The notes under the pieces were generated by a model. It was not told where the DNA came from. It ran no database searches and worked only from the letters and a program-made list of their open reading frames with translations. From assembly GCA_964016885.1 (NCBI GenBank), contig OZ024740.1, forward strand, positions 430,900,001-430,964,000: DNA of 64,000 bases, given 5' to 3'. This document shows, in pieces, positions 59,421-64,000 of the stretch (positions are counted from its first letter, which is position 1; each line of letters begins with the position of its first letter). Both the position numbers and the translations under genes were made by a program. This DNA is from Eledone cirrhosa. Its lineage: Eukaryota.

Positions 59421-62370
59421 TGATATAGTGTTACTTAACTTAGCAGATGATATAATGTTACTTAACTGAGCAGATGATCTAGTGTTACTTAACTCAGCAG
59501 ATGATATAGTGTTACTTAACTTAGCAGATGATATAGTGTTACTTAACTTAGAAGATGATATAGTGTTACTTAACTTAGCAGATGATATAGTGTTACTTAA
59601 CTTAGCAGATGATATGGTGTTACTTAACTTAGCAGATGATATAGTGTTACTTAACTTAGCAGATGATATAGTGTTACTTAATCAGCAGATGATATAGTGT
59701 TACTTAACTTAGCAGATGATATAATGTTACTTAACTTAGCAGATGATATAGTGTTACTTAACTCAGCAGATGATATAGTGTTACTTAACTTAGCAGATGA
59801 TATAGTGTTACTTAACTTAGAAGATCATATAGTGTTACTTAACTTAGCAGAAGATATAATATTATTTAACTTAGTAGATGATATAGTGTTACTTAACTTA
59901 GCAGAAGATATAATGTTACTTAACTTAGCAGATGATATAGTGTTACTTAACTTAGCAGATGATATAGTGTTACTTAACTTAGCAGATGATATAGTGTTAC
60001 TTAACTCAGCAGATAGTAGAGTGTTACTTAACTTAGCAGATGATATAGTGTTACTTAACTTAGCAGATGATATAATGTTACTTAACTCAGCAGATGATAT
60101 AGAGTTACTTAACTGAGCAGATGATATAGTGTTACTTAACTTAGCAGATGATATAGTGTTACTTAACTCAGCAGATGATATAGTGTTACTTAACTTAGCA
60201 GATGATATAGTGTTACTTAACTTAGCAGATGATATAGTCTTATTTAACCAGCAGATAATATAGTGTTATTTAACTGAGCAGATGATATAGTGTTACTTAA
60301 CTGAGCAGATGATATAGTGTTACTTAACTGAGCAGATGATATAGTGTTACTTAACTTAGCAGATGATATAGTGTTACTTAACTTAGCAGATGTTATAGTG
60401 TTACTTAACTTAGCAGAAGATATAATGTTACTTAACTTAGCAGATGATATAGTGTACTTAACTTAGCAGATGATATTGTGTTACTTAACTGAGCAGATGA
60501 TATAATGTTACTTAGCTGAGCAGATGATATAGTGTTACTTAACTTAGCAGATGATATAGTGTTACTTAACTGAGGAGATGATATAGTGTTACTTAACTTA
60601 GCAGATGATATAGTGTTACTAAAACTTAGCAGATGATATATGTTACTTAACTCAGCAGATGATATATTGTTACTTAACTTAGTAGATGGTATAGTGTTAC
60701 TTAACTTAGCAGATGATATAGTCTTACTTAACCAGCAGATAATATAGTGTTACTTAACTGAGGAGATGATATAGCGTTACTTAACTGAGCAGATGATATA
60801 GTGTTACTTAACTGAGCAGATGATATAATGTTACTTAACTTAGCAGATGATATAGTGTTACTTAACTTAGCAGATGATATAGTGTTACTTAACTCAGCAG
60901 ATGGTATAATGTTACTTAACTTAGCAGATGATATAATGTTACTTAACTTAGCAGATGATATAATGTTACTTAACTGAGCAGATGATATAACGTTACTTAA
61001 CTTAGCAGATGATATAGTGTTACTTAATTTAGTAGATGATATAGTGTTACTTAACCAGCAGATGATATAGTGTTACTTAACTTAGCAGATAATATAGTGT
61101 TACTTAACTGAGCAGGTAATATAGTGTTACTTAACTTAGCAGAAGATATAATGTTACTTAACTTAGCAGATGATATAGTGTTACTTAACTTAGCAGATGA
61201 TATAGTGTTACTTAACCAGCAGATGATATAGTGTTACTTAACTTAGCAGATGATATAATGTTACTTAACTGAGCAGATGATCTAGTGTTACTTAACTCAG
61301 CAGATGATATAGTGTTACTTAACTTAGCAGATGATATAGTGTTACTTAACTTAGAAGATGATATAGTGTTACTTAACTTAGCAGATGATATAGTGTTACT
61401 TAACTTAGCAGATGATATGGTGTTACTTAACTTAGCAGATGATATAGTGTTACTTAACTTAGCAGATGATATAGTGTTACTTAATCAGCAGATGATATAG
61501 TGTTACTTAACTTAGCAGATGATATAATGTTACTTAACTTAGCAGATGATATAGTGTTACTTAACTCAGCAGATGATATAGTGTTACTTAACTTAGCAGA
61601 TGATATAGTGTTACTTAACTTAGAAGATCATATAGTGTTACTTAACTTAGCAGAAGATATAATATTATTTAACTTAGTAGATGATATAGTGTTACTTAAC
61701 TTAGCAGAAGATATAATGTTACTTAACTTAGCAGATGATATAGTGTTACTTAACTTAGCAGATGATATAGTGTTACTTAACTTAGCAGATGATATAGTGT
61801 TACTTAACTCAGCAGATAGTAGAGTGTTACTTAACTTAGCAGATGATATAGTGTTACTTAACTTAGCAGATGATATAATGTTACTTAACTCAGCAGATGA
61901 TATAGTGTTACTTAACTGAGCAGATGATATAGTGTTACTTAACTTAGCAGATGATATAGTGTTACTTAAATCAGCAGATGATATAGTGTTACTTAACTTA
62001 GCAGATGATATAGTGTTACTTAACTTAGCAGATGATATAGTCTTACTTAACCAGCAGATAATATAGTGTTACTTAACTGAGCAGATGATATAGTGTTACT
62101 TAACTGAGCAGATGATATAGTGTTACTTAACTGAGCAGATGATATAGTGTTACTTAACTTAGCAGATGATATAGTGTTACTTAACTTAGCAGATGATATA
62201 GTGTTACTTAACTTAGCAGAAGATATAATGTTACTTAACTTAGCAGATGATATAGTGTACTTAACTTAGCAGATGATATAGTGTTACTTAACTGAGCAGA
62301 TGATATAATGTTACTTAACTGAGCAGATGATATAGTGTTACTTAACTTAGCAGATGATATAGTGTTACTT
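57600..62370 (+). repeat. 1803-bp higher-order repeat (67 monomers, net -6 bp), ~2.6 tandem copies, with a related copy at ~52900-54700
   Basis: ORFs at 57679/59482/61285 and at 57894/59697/61500 are exactly 1803 apart. The deletion variant AGTGTAC at 60454/62257 is also 1803 apart. Confidence 0.93.
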
Positions 62371-64000
62371 AACTGAGCAGATGATATAATGTTACTTAAC
62401 TTAGCAGAAGATATAGTGTTACTTATCTTAGCAGATGATATAGTGTTTCTTAACTTAGCAGATAATATAGTGTTACTTAACTTAGCAGATGATATAATGT
62501 TACTTAACTTAGCAGATGATATAGTGTTACTTAACTTAGCAGATGATATAGTGTTACTTAACTTAGCAGATGATATAGTGTTACTTAACTGAGCAGATGA
62601 TATAATGTTACTTAACTTAGCAGAAGATATAGTGTTACTTAACTTAGCAGATGATATAGTGTTACTTAACTTAGCAGATGATATAGTGTTACTTAACTGA
62701 GCAGATGATATAATGTTACTTAACTTAGCAGAGGATATAGTGTTACTTAACTTAGCAGAAGATATAATGTTTCTTAACTTAGCAGATGATATAGTGTTAC
62801 TTAACTTAGCAGATGATATACTGTTACTTAACTGAGCAGATGATATAATGTTACTTAACTGAGCAGATGATATAATGTTACTTAACTTAGCAGAGGATAT
62901 AGTGTTACTTAACTTAGCAGAAGATATAATGTTACTTAACTTAGCAGATGATATAGTGTTACTTAACTTAGCAGATGATATACTGTTACTTAACTGAGCA
63001 GATGATATAGTGTTACTTAACTGAGCAGATGATATAATGTTACTTAACTGAGCAGATGATATAGTGTTACTTAACTGAGCAGATGATATAATGTTACTTA
63101 ACTGAGCAGATGATATAGTGTTACTTAGCTTAGCAGATGATATACTGTTACTTAACTTAGCAGATGATATAATGTTACTTAACTGAGCAGATGATATAGT
63201 GTTACTTAACTTAGCAGATGATATAGAGTTACTTAACTGAGCAGATGATATAATGTTACTTAACTTAGCAGATGATATAGTGTTACTTAACTTAGCAGAT
63301 GATATAGTGTTACTTAACTTAGAAGATGATATAGTGTTACTTAACTCAGCAGAAAATATGGTGTTACTTAACTTAGCAGATAATATAGTGTTACTTAACT
63401 GAGCAGATGATATAATGTTACTTAACTTAGCAGATGATATAGTGTAACTTAACTTAGCAGATGATATAGTGTTACTTAACTGAGCAGATGTTATAGTGTT
63501 ACTTAACTGAGCAGATGATATAATGTTACTTAACTTAGCAGATGATATGGTGTTACTTAACTTAGCAGATGATATAATGTTACTTAACTTAGCAGATGAT
63601 ATAGTGTTACTTAACTCAGCAGATGATATAGTGTTACTTAACTGAGCAGATGTTATAGTGTTATTTAACTTAGCAGACGATATAATGTTACTTAACTGAC
63701 GAGATGTTATAGTGTTACTTAACTTAGCAGATGATATAGTGTTACTTAACTTAGCAGATGATATAGTGTTACTTAACTTAGCAGAAGATATAATGTTACT
63801 TAACTTAGCAGATGATATAGTGTACTTAACTTAGCAGATGATATATCTTACTTAACTCAGCAGATGATATATTGTTACTTAACTTAGCAGATGATATAGT
63901 GTTACTTAACTTAGCAGATGATATAGTGTTACTTAACTGAGCAGATGTTATAGTGTTACTTAACTTAGCAGATGATTAGTGTTACTTAACTGAGGAGATG

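Larger units (their letters stand above)
1..64000 (+). repeat. 27-bp tandem satellite array, consensus GCAGATGATATAGTGTTACTTAACTTA, ~2,370 head-to-tail copies, running off both window edges
   Basis: The monomer is read directly at 1-27 and recurs throughout. Typical copies differ from consensus at 0-2 positions, with occasional 26- or 28-bp copies. I saw no inversion and no non-repeat sequence. Confidence 0.99.

Noticed and set aside
823-62592. Plus-strand ORFs encoding (LLNLADDIV)n as genes
   Set aside because: They are pure translations of the 27-bp monomer. Starts and stops are just the common A13 and G26 alleles, there are no unique termini, and frameshifts are frequent.
1-64000. CRISPR array (repeat length is in the CRISPR range and has a weak dyad)
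   Set aside because: The monomers abut directly with no unique spacers, and there is no leader or cas gene.
1-64000. Telomerase-made long telomeric repeat of the budding-yeast type
   Set aside because: There is no G-rich strand or GGTGT-like core. Variants are inherited in multi-kb duplicated blocks, which indicates recombinational or replicative amplification rather than templated addition.
1-64000. The variant order as an information-bearing code or a diversity-generating cassette system
   Set aside because: The order is adequately explained by nested duplication of earlier point mutations, and no recombinase, reverse transcriptase or expression site is present in the window.

Overview
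The whole 64 kb window is one uninterrupted head-to-tail array of a 27-bp AT-rich satellite/minisatellite monomer, consensus GCAGATGATATAGTGTTACTTAACTTA (8/27 G+C, no CpG). It holds about 2,370 copies, all in the same orientation. I see no unique sequence, genes, RNA genes, transposon insertions or CRISPR spacers. Every ORF in the track is a by-product of a 9-codon monomer that is stop-free in one frame per strand: (ADDIVLLNL)n on + and (SNTISSAKL)n on -. The informative structure lies in the variant monomers. They define nested higher-order duplications (offsets about 4.8 kb, 8073/6966 bp, 2.8-3.0 kb, 3.2-3.4 kb, 4.4-4.5 kb, 4.7-4.8 kb and 1803 bp), recurring multi-monomer cassettes, two hypervariable positions, and paired +1/-1 indels that hold the 27-bp register for the first ~47.7 kb. 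At ~47.7 kb the variant repertoire changes and the register starts to drift. The organism and function cannot be determined from this window; a eukaryotic heterochromatic satellite is the most likely reading (inference). I cannot support a claim of a new gene-encoded system here. All offsets were read by hand from marker variants and the ORF track, so block boundaries are approximate.
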